64,000 nt of DNA, taken from IMG/VR virus record IMGVR_UViG_3300037067_025869, positions 10,850-74,849 of that record. The stretch is one strand, 5' to 3'. The stretch comes from a virus (taxonomy: Duplodnaviria > Caudoviricetes). Made by a program: the position numbers and the translations under genes. Within the stretch, counting starts at the first letter, position 1. Each line of letters opens with the position of its first letter. Below the pieces are notes generated by a model that worked only from the letters and a program-made list of their open reading frames with translations, searched no databases and had not been told where the DNA came from. Positions 19,662 to 29,447 of the stretch are shown here, in pieces.

Positions 19662-20642
19662 ATGAAAAAACTAATATCAATTTTAATAGGGTTTCTCTTT
19701 TCTTATATATCTTTCTCTCAGATTGAGAGATCAACCCCCACCCAGCAGAGGTCTAATTATGAAATATATGTTATAAATAAGGATAAAGGTATTTCCCAAA
19801 ATACTATAGATCCGCAAAAAAAGGAATGGGATGATCTATATTATATTCCTTCAAGAGATGAATTAAAACGTAAAGCAAAGAATATTAACCTTCGAAAAAA
19901 AGGGATAAGAATAGAACATGATTCTTTATATTACGATGCAAAAAAAGAAGTTTATGAGGATCTTTCTTTTACAGCACAGATTTATAGATTTCATCGTCCT
20001 TATTATGGATTTGGTTATTATAATTATTATTGGGATCCATTTTGCAATCTGACGTTCTTAAAGTCATGGTATTATGGGTATTATCCTTATTGGGGATTTA
20101 GATTTGATTATAATAATTGGTATAGCTGGGGGTATACATATGATTCATATTATCCAAATTGCTATTTTGGTAGAAATACTTATTACAGCCATTACTATAA
20201 TTCCAAGATCCAATACGGAAGGCGAGAAAAGCCTTCAAATTTATCTTCTTCTTTTAATACAAATATTAAAAGACAACCTTCTAAAATTGATAGAACCCCG
20301 ATCAGACCCTCTGCAATCCAAGAAAATAGAAGGGTTAATAATTTGCAAAAAATAAATTCATCTAATGAAAGAAGAGTAACTACAAATCGATCTAACTATA
20401 ATCCGGCGAGAAATAATCAAATACGAAGTTATACTCCAAATTACTCACAGCCTCACTCTCGTTCTCAGTATAACAATACGAATATAAATAGAAGTTATTC
20501 ACCCGTAGAACATAGAAGTTATTCTACCCCTTCTGGGAATTATAACTCCGGGTCTTCTTATTCTGGGGGATCGAGCGGATCTAGATCAGGAGGGGCTTCA
20601 GGCAGATCAGGTTCTTCCAGAACTACATCACGAAGGAATTAG
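19662..20642 (+). CDS. Bacteroidota-like secreted Tyr-rich protein with disordered Arg/Ser/Asn-rich tail
   Basis: Likely start is ATG 19662 (MKKLISILIGFLFSYISFSQ signal peptide) within track ORF 19593..20642; WDDLYY, QIYRFHRPYYG, Tyr/Trp-rich block, YGRR, then a low-complexity tail. Isolated plus-strand gene. Confidence 0.75.
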   Translation: MKKLISILIGFLFSYISFSQIERSTPTQQRSNYEIYVINKDKGISQNTIDPQKKEWDDLYYIPSRDELKRKAKNINLRKKGIRIEHDSLYYDAKKEVYEDLSFTAQIYRFHRPYYGFGYYNYYWDPFCNLTFLKSWYYGYYPYWGFRFDYNNWYSWGYTYDSYYPNCYFGRNTYYSHYYNSKIQYGRREKPSNLSSSFNTNIKRQPSKIDRTPIRPSAIQENRRVNNLQKINSSNERRVTTNRSNYNPARNNQIRSYTPNYSQPHSRSQYNNTNINRSYSPVEHRSYSTPSGNYNSGSSYSGGSSGSRSGGASGRSGSSRTTSRRN

Positions 20643-20670
20643 CAGAAAGGAGCTTAAAAAACTACTTTTT

Positions 20671-22113
20671 TTATTTCTCAGTCAAAAGTTCAGCAACTTT
20701 ATTCTTAAATCCTTTATATGATCCCCAGTCGGATCCAAATCTTAGACCTTTTGTAGGTTTGTTTGGGTCTACGATCCAGGGTTCAATATCTTCTCCCGAC
20801 ATGCCAAGTCTTTTTATATCTCGAACTAAAATATTTAAGGGGCCAATAGCATAATATCTTTCAATAATTTTTTTACCGATAGATTCTACTCTGCTTACTC
20901 TTCCCACTTTAAAATCTACTTCTAAATCTTCAGCAAGAGGTTTAAGTATTTCTTCCTCAAAGCGTTTAAAGTTTATTCTATGGGAAACCCCTTCATTCAA
21001 AGATTCATATATATTTCCTAATTTACTGAGTTCTTCCTCCTTTTGATCAATTTGATGCTGCAATTCTTCTTCTTTATCTTTTTCCCCGGGGGTGTAATAT
21101 TCATGGTCGTTTAAAACAGATTCGGGATTTCGAATTTCCTTAGATTTTTCATCTTGATGTAAATTCCATTCTTTAATGGCCTTAAGTTTTTCTTCTTTAG
21201 AAAGCCCGGAATTTAACATATCTAAGAAATCCCACCCATATCTTTCAATTATATCTGAGCTATATTGTTCTGATTCATTGTATTTATTTCTGCTATCACT
21301 TTGAATATCTCTTAAATGCTGTCTTAGGTCCCGAATTTCATCTTCTAAATTTTTCATTTCTTCAATGGCTTTCTTTGTAGGCTTTTTCTTTTTAGGAGAT
21401 CTTACTTTTTCTTCTTTATATCCAGGTTGAGCTTCTGGCTTTTGATACCAATTTCGTAAATGCATAGGAATATGAGTATATTTGTCTTCAAAAGCTTCAT
21501 CAATTTCCCCCTCCATTTTTCCTTCAACGACTGTCATTACTAAATGATCCAATATTTCCATTTCTTCATCTGTAGCATCCTCCATATAAATGGTAGCCAA
21601 ATCTTGTAATTCTGATAATGTCATGTCATTTTTTTTAGCATAATCGCTAAGAGTCGAAAAGGTTAATGGGGTATTCTTAACAATCCATCTGATAAAAGAT
21701 TCTTCTCCGGGTCCTTTTAATATAAGTTCTTTAACAGCTCCTTCGTTGAGGGATTCATCCATTTTTCCATAAGCAATTTCCTCTGCCTCTTCAAGAACTG
21801 CTATCATATTGCCTACTATCCAATGAGATACATAATCTATATAAATAGAATCGCTTTTTAATCTGCTTCCATAATCATCATATCCTAAAAGGGTGTCTAA
21901 GTACCAGCTGCCAGCGGTTATGCTGAGGCCATTATCATCGATTAATACGATTTTAAGAATCCAAGCACCATCAAATCCTTTTTCATAAGATTTCTCGGTA
22001 TCTGAATGCTTTCTTTGAAGAATCGCTTTATATTGATATTTTCCTCTTGGGTCTGATGGCTCGGTATCTAACACAATAACACCAGGGGTTTTTAATGGAT
22101 TATCTAGTTTCAT
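20671..22113 (-). CDS. Multi-module putative virion protein (polyprotein-like)
   Basis: Distinct blocks separated by MDESLNE|GA, EIDE|AF and YESLNE|GV; GAATAAATAAATAAAAA upstream. Confidence 0.65.
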   Translation of the reverse strand: MKLDNPLKTPGVIVLDTEPSDPRGKYQYKAILQRKHSDTEKSYEKGFDGAWILKIVLIDDNGLSITAGSWYLDTLLGYDDYGSRLKSDSIYIDYVSHWIVGNMIAVLEEAEEIAYGKMDESLNEGAVKELILKGPGEESFIRWIVKNTPLTFSTLSDYAKKNDMTLSELQDLATIYMEDATDEEMEILDHLVMTVVEGKMEGEIDEAFEDKYTHIPMHLRNWYQKPEAQPGYKEEKVRSPKKKKPTKKAIEEMKNLEDEIRDLRQHLRDIQSDSRNKYNESEQYSSDIIERYGWDFLDMLNSGLSKEEKLKAIKEWNLHQDEKSKEIRNPESVLNDHEYYTPGEKDKEEELQHQIDQKEEELSKLGNIYESLNEGVSHRINFKRFEEEILKPLAEDLEVDFKVGRVSRVESIGKKIIERYYAIGPLNILVRDIKRLGMSGEDIEPWIVDPNKPTKGLRFGSDWGSYKGFKNKVAELLTEK

Positions 22114-22210
22114 CTAGTCTTTTTATTTATTTATTCAAATAAAAAAGCGAAGCTGTTTGAAAGAATTTGACCCCGGAATTATGGGTATTATCATGATGAA
22201 AAATGCAAAT

Positions 22211-23752
22211 CTAAAGTTTAATTTTAAATTTTTTAAAAGGGAATTTTTTATCTTTATAAACTCGCTCTCTTTCCGAAGCATGCCGCATAAGATAGTTTTT
22301 TCTCTGGAAATGATTTGGACCATTCCAAAAATAGCTATCGCTAAAATCCACAACAACTACCTGGGTTTTTCCTTCTTTTAAACGCATAGGCCTTCCTAAA
22401 ATTTGTCTTATAATTATCTCAGAGGCATGACTTTCCGTTATGAAAAGATTGTGGATATTAGGTAAGTCAATTCCTTCCGAGAATGTTCCGGTGGAAGCAA
22501 CAAGCACGGTATCTTCTTCTTCCTCCATCTTTCGTTTGAAGAAGTCTCTGTTGTCCACTTTCGTATTACCATCAATATAATAAACATTTTTTTGTGTGTT
22601 TTCTCTTAACCAATCATAAATTTTTCGGCCATATTCATGTTTAACGTCAGCAAATAAAACTAATGAATTCTTTTTCGTCTTATTTATCATCTCGCAAATA
22701 TATACAAGTCTTCTTCTGTCATTTCTAGCAATTTCTTTTTCCGTATTCAAGAGTTTTACCCCATCTTTTTCATCTGCTTTAACATCTCTTAATAGATAAA
22801 GATCTTTTTTCTTATCTGAGGAAAGATAATCCAGTTCAATGCAAATAACATTTACTGGGGTGGCTTTCCCTCTTTCTATCAGTTCTACAGATTCAAGGGT
22901 AAAAACTTTTGGTCCTAAATACGCCTGTATTGTAAAAGAATTGCATGTTCCTTCTTTAGGAAGAGTTCCCGTTAATCCTATTTTATAATAGAGAGCATTA
23001 TAACACTTAACTACAATATTTTTAATTGAATTGGATTTTGAATGGTGACATTCATCTATTAAAACCGAATCAAATTGGGAAAAGTATTCTCCAGATCTTT
23101 TTGTTAAGCTTTGATAAGTTCCAAAAACAATATCAGCATTTTCTTTTTCCTTTCCCGCTCCTGAATAAACGCATTGGCTTTTCCATGGTGGGGTGCCATC
23201 ATTTACTTTACTCTCGTATTCATAAAATTTTTCCTGGGTCTGAGTTACCAAATCAATATTTGGAACAACATAAAGCATCTTATTTATTTTCTTCCTATCG
23301 AAAAGATAGCGAAAAAGAGCAAAGGCGATGATAGTTTTTCCTCCTGAAGTAGATATTTCTTCTGTGCAAAAACGAAATTTAAGAGCTTTTAAACAAGCTT
23401 CTATTTGATAATCTCTTAATGTAAATTCTTCTGGATCTGGAAAGAATTCATTCATCCAATTCGTAAAATCCTCTTTGACAAATTCTTTATCTATAAGAGT
23501 TTCTGTATCATCAATAAAAAAAGGAAAATTGTATTTTTTTGCAAGAGCTCTGACTTCTCCCCAAAGTCCAATTGGAATCCGCTGATATCTATCAATAAAT
23601 TTAATCTCTCCGTCCCAGTGAGGGATTTTCTTTTTGATAATAAACCAGTTGTCCACACGCTTAGTAAATGAAGATTCCAGCTGAGAGTATTCCAATTCCG
23701 TACAATCATCTAAAATCAAAAATTTTTTATCTTCTGAAACTTTTAGTTGCAT
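22211..23752 (-). CDS. uvsW: UvsW-like SF2 helicase
   Basis: RDYQ, STSGGKT (Walker A), DECHH, GLTGT, STGTFSEGID, QILGRPMR motifs. Confidence 0.9.
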   Translation of the reverse strand: MQLKVSEDKKFLILDDCTELEYSQLESSFTKRVDNWFIIKKKIPHWDGEIKFIDRYQRIPIGLWGEVRALAKKYNFPFFIDDTETLIDKEFVKEDFTNWMNEFFPDPEEFTLRDYQIEACLKALKFRFCTEEISTSGGKTIIAFALFRYLFDRKKINKMLYVVPNIDLVTQTQEKFYEYESKVNDGTPPWKSQCVYSGAGKEKENADIVFGTYQSLTKRSGEYFSQFDSVLIDECHHSKSNSIKNIVVKCYNALYYKIGLTGTLPKEGTCNSFTIQAYLGPKVFTLESVELIERGKATPVNVICIELDYLSSDKKKDLYLLRDVKADEKDGVKLLNTEKEIARNDRRRLVYICEMINKTKKNSLVLFADVKHEYGRKIYDWLRENTQKNVYYIDGNTKVDNRDFFKRKMEEEEDTVLVASTGTFSEGIDLPNIHNLFITESHASEIIIRQILGRPMRLKEGKTQVVVVDFSDSYFWNGPNHFQRKNYLMRHASERERVYKDKKFPFKKFKIKL

Positions 23753-23827
23753 GCAATTTGTTCTATTTTATATTTTTGAAGATCTTTGAAGAAGGGTTTT
23801 TTTAGTCATAATATCTTTCTCTTTTAC

Positions 23828-24124
23828 TCAGCTCTGACCAATGCAATATGATGTTCCAAATCCGTAATAACAGCTTCTTGACTTACTAGGACAAATTCCA
23901 ATGGTGTTTTTCCCTAAATAAATACCTAATCTAAATTCTTCCTTTCCCCATTTTTTATCAAATAGGCGATATTTATCGTTCAATTTAAAATTTATTCTTT
24001 GTCCAATCTCATATCTTTTTGGAATAAAAATAAGAAGAATTTTATTCCATCTTAAGATGATTGTAATAATTGTAGTAATTCCTACGATGCTGGAAATAAT
24101 TCAATAAAGAATCTATATTTTCAT
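23828..24124 (-). pseudogene. Possible decayed membrane-protein gene
   Basis: ATG overlaps the upstream TGA (ATGA). 99-codon frame reads MKI*ILY*IISSIVGITTIITIILRWNKILLIFIPKRYEIG... with two early in-frame stops (TAG codon 4, TGA codon 8) and a TM-like segment. Confidence 0.35.
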
Positions 24125-25006
24125 ATTTTTTGTTTACAGTCATAAAACCCTCTTAAAATTCTAGCTATACATGATATGGAAAATTTGTATAAATTTGCTA
24201 TTTCTTTTTGAGTTTTTCCCCCATGATATAAAAATTTTATATCTAAAATAATTTTTTCATTAATATTCAAAGAGGTTTTGTTCTTATTCCATACATCATA
24301 GTTTTTTGGTTTTCCTATTGCCGACAAAGACATTTTGATTTTTGTTTCCTCTGAATTTTTTCTCCCTTTGTGTTTTGCAGCTCTTTTATTTTTCGTTTTT
24401 TCGGATTGTTTGTGTCCCAATAAAGCTATTTTATTTTTTTCCCCTATTTTTCTTTTTGTCTCTTCTGTTCTTATTTTTCCTTTATTAGCTTTACTTATTT
24501 TTATTTTTACCTCCTCATTAAGAGAAGCACATTTTTCTCTCATTAATCTTTTAGTTTCTTCTGAATGCTTTCTTCCCTTGATTTTTTCCAAAATTAATTT
24601 TTGCCATTCAAAATATTTAATTTTTCCATTATCTTCCCCATATTTTTTAATATAGTAATTTATTTTTGTAATTCCTTTTTGCTTATTTTTTATTTTTTCT
24701 ATAGTTTCTAAAGAAGGGCTAGCTCCATTAAATCCCAATCCTCCTAGTGGAGCTAAATTATATCCTGATGGAATTAATGTATTATATTGAATAATATATT
24801 TTTCTTCTAATCCTCTTGCATCTTTAATTGTTTCACATGTTTCCAATATTTCTCTTTTGAAATTCCCCTTTCCATATTTTTTTATAGCTTTTAAAAAATA
24901 TCTCCCACTTCCAATATATCCATCATTTATATTTTCTGTTTTGTGAGATCCAGCATATTTTTTCCCATTTATCAAATTAGTAGTTGATATAAACAAAATT
25001 TTGCAT
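24121..25006 (-). pseudogene. GIY-YIG/NUMOD3 homing endonuclease with a 1-nt frameshift near the start
   Basis: ATG 25006 gives MQNFVYI then hits TAA; removing 1 nt gives MQNFVYITTNLINGKKYAGSH...YIGSG, the canonical GIY-YIG start. Several (H)SEETK NUMOD3 repeats follow. Promoter-like GAATATATAAG at 25012..25022. Confidence 0.75.
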
Positions 25007-25046
25007 TTTATCTTATATATTCATGCAAAATTTATTGAAATACCTA

Positions 25047-25553
25047 TTATTTACCATTTAATAAGTTTTCTATATCAATTCTATTTTTTATCCCAAATAT
25101 TATAGAATCCAAGGATTTTATTGTTTCAGATATAAACTTGGAATGGTTTTCGATTTGCTCTTTTAAGAAAACAGTTGGAGATAAATCAGCTAAAATTTGA
25201 ATTTCTTTTACCTTTTCATTAGGAAATCTCTTTTGAGATTTGTAAGTATAAAAATCATATTTTTCGGTAAATTGCTTACGATAAGTTTTTCCTATTTTAT
25301 ACAGGAGAGACATTAAATAATGATAATATTCAACAGCACGTTGACGCTCTGTATAAATGTTTGTCATTAATTCAGCAACGTCAGGAAGTCTCTTCATCAT
25401 AGTTGACATATTCTTTACTTTTTCAGTCCACTCTACTCTTTCCTTAGCAAAGCGAACTTCCATAGTATCTTCCCTCTCTTTATTTTCGGGAGGATTCTCT
25501 TTTATAAATTCGTCAAAAGAGTCCGGAATTATAGGTTGAAGTATCTCGTCCAT
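25047..25553 (-). CDS. uvsY: UvsY-like recombination mediator
   Basis: Helical protein ending ETIKSLDSIIFGIKNRIDIE, UvsY-like; lies between primase and uvsW. Confidence 0.6.
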   Translation of the reverse strand: MDEILQPIIPDSFDEFIKENPPENKEREDTMEVRFAKERVEWTEKVKNMSTMMKRLPDVAELMTNIYTERQRAVEYYHYLMSLLYKIGKTYRKQFTEKYDFYTYKSQKRFPNEKVKEIQILADLSPTVFLKEQIENHSKFISETIKSLDSIIFGIKNRIDIENLLNGK

Positions 25554-25685
25554 TTTTCACCTTTTTATGAATAACAATTTTAGTTTTCTTACTTTCTTTT
25601 TTTTCCAAAGGAATCTCAATATTCAAATTGGGGATTTCCCCATCAAATTCAAATTTGAATTTTAAACCAGGGGCAATTTTTCCTT

Positions 25686-26822
25686 TCATAAATCTATTAC
25701 ATCCATTGGGTCATCACTAAAGTATTTATCCCATAATGGAACGGGAATGTTTTTATTATTAAACCAAATAATCACATTATTAAGATCCCATTTTTTATCA
25801 TTTTCTGGTTTATATGGAAGACCATACTCATGCTTAAATCTTTCCCATAAAAATATAGGATATCCTTCATTTATTCTTTTTATAGCATTTTGGCTTCCCG
25901 CCTCATCATCATCATAAAAATATCTTCTCGGTATCTCTAATGGGAATTGTTTATTTGCTCCCCCGTTTCCAATGGAATTGCGAAAGAGAAAAGAATCAAG
26001 TGGTCCTTCGAAGACTGTTATCAACTGATTAAAATTAAGCGCACAAATGCCAAAAAGTTGGGAAAGAGTATCGATTTCATCAGGGACTTTTTCTTCCTTT
26101 TTTAACAGATTATAAATTCCAGATAAACTATATGTAAGGTATTTAGAACTTCCTCTAAATGTTTGAAATGGTCTTTTCTGAAATCCAAGTATTTTACCGG
26201 ATGGAGTTAGATTTAATATTAAAAGATAATTTCCAGTTGGATGGTAAAGAAATTTTATTGCATCAAATTGTAATCTTTTATTTAACCATAGCCAAGCAGA
26301 GGACTCTTTAGCCTCTATCAAGCCAAAAGAATTTTTGAGTTCCTGCCTTTCGATAGCATATTTTTCAATAGTGATAGCATCTAATAAAAGAGATATATCA
26401 TAAGCACCCCTGCTTGATGTAAAATCCCCTTTATTATTTGAGATATAAGAAATAGCGTCTAGACTTAAATCGATTTTGAAATCTTTAAAAAAATGGTCTG
26501 CTCTTTTGAATTCACCACAATTAAAGCATTTCATATAATACTTATGCTTTCCCTCCAATATAATATTTCCCCTCTGCTTCCAAGAATTTTGCATAGAATC
26601 ACCACAAACTGGGCAGCTAAAAGTAATTCTTTTATTTTTATGAATTCTAACCTTCCTTTTTATTGGATTTTCGGGAAATCTTTGATCTACGATTTTTTGA
26701 ACATAAGAAACCAATATTCTCTCAAAATCTTCTTGAGACAAATTATTTAAACCAAAAAAATCAAAATCCGTATTATCAATTTTTACCGAACTATCTTTTA
26801 TAATTTCTAATTGCTGCTGCAT
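25686..26822 (-). CDS. DNA primase (T4 gp61-like)
   Basis: Zn ribbon CPVCGDS...KRG...CFNCG; TOPRIM VFEGPLDS and YDDDEAG; DLNN. Confidence 0.88.
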   Translation of the reverse strand: MQQQLEIIKDSSVKIDNTDFDFFGLNNLSQEDFERILVSYVQKIVDQRFPENPIKRKVRIHKNKRITFSCPVCGDSMQNSWKQRGNIILEGKHKYYMKCFNCGEFKRADHFFKDFKIDLSLDAISYISNNKGDFTSSRGAYDISLLLDAITIEKYAIERQELKNSFGLIEAKESSAWLWLNKRLQFDAIKFLYHPTGNYLLILNLTPSGKILGFQKRPFQTFRGSSKYLTYSLSGIYNLLKKEEKVPDEIDTLSQLFGICALNFNQLITVFEGPLDSFLFRNSIGNGGANKQFPLEIPRRYFYDDDEAGSQNAIKRINEGYPIFLWERFKHEYGLPYKPENDKKWDLNNVIIWFNNKNIPVPLWDKYFSDDPMDVIDL

Positions 26823-26911
26823 TTATATTTTATGATTTGAACTCGGAATTATAAAAAAATCAGGAGGAATAAATCACTTTACCCCTCCTAAAAAAATTTT
26901 TTGGGCTTTAG

Positions 26912-27895
26912 TTACATTGTCCCGATAATATCATCTAAATTTCCAGGAATTCCTGGGGATCCTGCTATATTTCCTAAATCAAGATCCGGAATATTAAGCA
27001 CTTCATCCGATCCACCCACGCCGAGATCAAGGTTGTCTATAGAAATATCTGATGATGTTATGCCTGTATTAGAGGACTGTTGAGACTTAGCATTATCCTT
27101 GGTAACAACATTTGCATATTTGGCTGAAACCTGGCCTTCTCCGGTAACTGCTACAATTACATGGTTAACGTAATCATATGTATCCTGATCCCATTCTTTA
27201 TAAGCATATCTAGAAAGATCCGGGGAATTAGTTTTAACCCATTCAAAAACCTCTTTCTTATTACTTTGAGGTGTAATTGGTATAAGTTTGCCATCAGCAT
27301 TTGGCAAGCAAAGGGGAATTCTCTTGTCAACGAATTTAGATTGATCGTAGTTATTGTAACCAGAAACCTTGGTAATAACAAGAGCAAAAGCCTTCCCCCC
27401 TATTATATCAAATGGATCATGAGGTTCGCCAATAACAGGTTTAAGTTCAGCATTAATTTTTTCCCAGATTTTAACGCCATAGCGGAAGACCATAATTTTT
27501 CCTTCTGCTTCTGGATTGTTTTCATCGCGAATAATCTGAACAAGAGAAGCATAAGAATGTCTTCGTGAGAAGTTTTGCGCAAGTTTCTGCATTTGAACGC
27601 TTTCGCTCTTACGGAGTTTCCAGTAAATATCCTGAAGAGGAGAGGGTTTACCCACAGAAGATGGGCAATCGATATATCGACCTCGCTGTGTTATCGGATC
27701 CATCAAATAGGAAACCCATTTTTCCTGGATTGAACCGTGTTTTGGATCTGCATGCCAAGGTATAAGTCTAATGATAGACTGATAAATTCCGCCCTTCCCC
27801 TTATCAGAAGTTGGATTATACTCTTCAGTTTGTTTTGCTGAAACTACAGGAGCTTCTACCCCCGGATTAAAAAATGCGTCATAATTTTCACTCAT
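26912..27895 (-). CDS. Single-stranded DNA-binding protein (T4 gp32-like)
   Basis: IIRLIPW...CPSSVGKP, GKIMVFRYGVKIWEKI, PFD...GKAF...NYDQSKF, acidic C-terminal tail. Confidence 0.85.
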   Translation of the reverse strand: MSENYDAFFNPGVEAPVVSAKQTEEYNPTSDKGKGGIYQSIIRLIPWHADPKHGSIQEKWVSYLMDPITQRGRYIDCPSSVGKPSPLQDIYWKLRKSESVQMQKLAQNFSRRHSYASLVQIIRDENNPEAEGKIMVFRYGVKIWEKINAELKPVIGEPHDPFDIIGGKAFALVITKVSGYNNYDQSKFVDKRIPLCLPNADGKLIPITPQSNKKEVFEWVKTNSPDLSRYAYKEWDQDTYDYVNHVIVAVTGEGQVSAKYANVVTKDNAKSQQSSNTGITSSDISIDNLDLGVGGSDEVLNIPDLDLGNIAGSPGIPGNLDDIIGTM

Positions 27896-27966
27896 AGTTT
27901 TTAGTCTTTTTAGTTATTTTAGTTATTTAATTATTCTCTATACTATTAGTTCTTTCTTTAGTTTTA
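27896..27966 (-). repeat. ACTAA-repeat unstructured leader upstream of the SSB gene
   Basis: Minus strand: aaACTAAagaaagaACTAAtagtatagagaataattaaataACTAAaataACTAAaaagACTAAaaACTATG (five ACTAA copies plus ACTAT into the start codon). Confidence 0.7.
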
Positions 27967-28072
27967 TAATATCTCGTTAAAAATTCTTTCATATATAAGA
28001 TTTCCCGTATTGAAGATTTTAAAATAACCTCTTTCATACATTATTTGATTCCCAGATTTATTCTTATCCTCT

Positions 28073-28351
28073 TCATTTTTTATTATTTTCTATTTTTAAA
28101 TTTATATATTTTTTATCCCCACAAGTAGAATATAAATATTTTTTATATTTTAATGGTTTCCCGCAGGAACACAATGGCATTTCTAAAATATTATTCTTTA
28201 GACAAAAAATACGAAGAGATAAAGAAGAATCCGATGATAAAAAGGAGGTTTTGTCCAAAACCTCTTTATATAATTCAGGTTTAGATTTAACGAAGTTAAA
28301 TATTCCTAAATTTTTTCCATTTAATATTTTTAATAAATCTTCTTTAGACAT
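28073..28351 (-). pseudogene. Solo N-terminal fragment of a Hef-like endonuclease
   Basis: TSFL...SLSLRIFCLKNNILEMPLCSCGKPLKY matches the SFSLQEKIYCLTHDLSTRPLCKICKTPLKF block of 6706..8358; no nuclease domain follows. Confidence 0.6.
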
Positions 28352-28412
28352 TTTAGATAGTAAGACAATTTAGCTTTTTAGATATCTTTAATATATTCTA
28401 TATATCTACGAA

Positions 28413-28441
28413 AAAAGGTAAAGTTTTTGACTTTACCTTTT
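28413..28441. terminator. Bidirectional intrinsic terminator
   Basis: AAAAGGTAAAG-TTTTTGA-CTTTACCTTTT. Confidence 0.75.
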
Positions 28442-28466
28442 TATTTTATTAATATTTTATTAAAAA

Positions 28467-28805
28467 TTACATTGATAAATATTCCTCCATTTTTCTTTTT
28501 GCTTGCCCCAGTTTAGGAAAAGTATTCTGAGCTCCCCTTTCCCCTTCTTTACTCCAAGCTGCAATATAATATTCTAAACCCGAATCTACCCATGCTAAGT
28601 GATATCCTGTTGCATCTAATGATATAGATACCACTACTATTTCAAGGTCAGGATCTTTTTCTGTTTTATCATCAGTTATTCGAGGATTTAGATTTGGGTT
28701 AATTTCTTTAAAAGCTGCTATAAGTTTTTGTGCTTCTCTAGCATGTTTATTCCCAATATTCATCGAATCTTTAGGATCTACCCCCCTTACAAACTGCGCT
28801 CTCAT
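28467..28805 (-). CDS. FxRGxDP-leader protein
   Basis: MRAQFVRGVDPKDSMNIG followed by an unrelated small domain. Confidence 0.75.
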   Translation of the reverse strand: MRAQFVRGVDPKDSMNIGNKHAREAQKLIAAFKEINPNLNPRITDDKTEKDPDLEIVVVSISLDATGYHLAWVDSGLEYYIAAWSKEGERGAQNTFPKLGQAKRKMEEYLSM

Positions 28806-29119
28806 TATAATAAAAGAAGTTCTATTTTTTTAACGAAAGATTGTTTATTTCCAGCGCCAATTTTAGTATCAAATACTTCTCCTTTTTTTATAAAAAAAAC
28901 AGAAGGTATACTTTTTATTTTGTATTTTTCGCATAATTCAGGATTTTCATCTACATTACATCTAACTATTTTTACTTCATTTCTATATTCTTTTGATAAA
29001 TCCTCTAAAATGGGGGAAATAATTCTGCAAGGGCCGCACCAGTCAGCTTCGAATTTAATGATTAAGTTTGGAGCATTTTTTATGATTTCATCGTAATTTT
29101 TATTGGTTAATTCTTCCAT
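28805..29119 (-). CDS. trxA: Thioredoxin
   Basis: FEADWCGPCR active site, NVDENP, IKSIP. Confidence 0.95.
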   Translation of the reverse strand: MEELTNKNYDEIIKNAPNLIIKFEADWCGPCRIISPILEDLSKEYRNEVKIVRCNVDENPELCEKYKIKSIPSVFFIKKGEVFDTKIGAGNKQSFVKKIELLLL

Positions 29120-29210
29120 ATTTCTTCATTTTTATTTTATATTCCAAATAATTTTCCCTCTTTATTAATTTATCTGCATTTTGAACCCCTTATTTTCCCC
29201 CATTGAGCGA

Positions 29211-29447
29211 TCATTTCATTTGCATTCCATATCCGTATTTAGAAGATTCGGGTGTCCAAGTAGCCTTAACCCCGGTTTCTAGGGAGCTAAGAGCTTTATA
29301 AACTCTTGACCTTCCCCCATACTCTTTGACTATTCTGTCAAAAATTGATTTAAGCTGAGCTTTAGCTTGATCAAGTTGTCTTTCGTGAAATCTTCCGAGT
29401 TCCATAGAATCCATTGGATCTACTCCTCTTACAAAGCGAGCATTCAT
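29211..29447 (-). CDS. FxRGxDP-leader protein
   Basis: MNARFVRGVDPMDSMELG followed by a short helical domain. Confidence 0.7.
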   Translation of the reverse strand: MNARFVRGVDPMDSMELGRFHERQLDQAKAQLKSIFDRIVKEYGGRSRVYKALSSLETGVKATWTPESSKYGYGMQMK

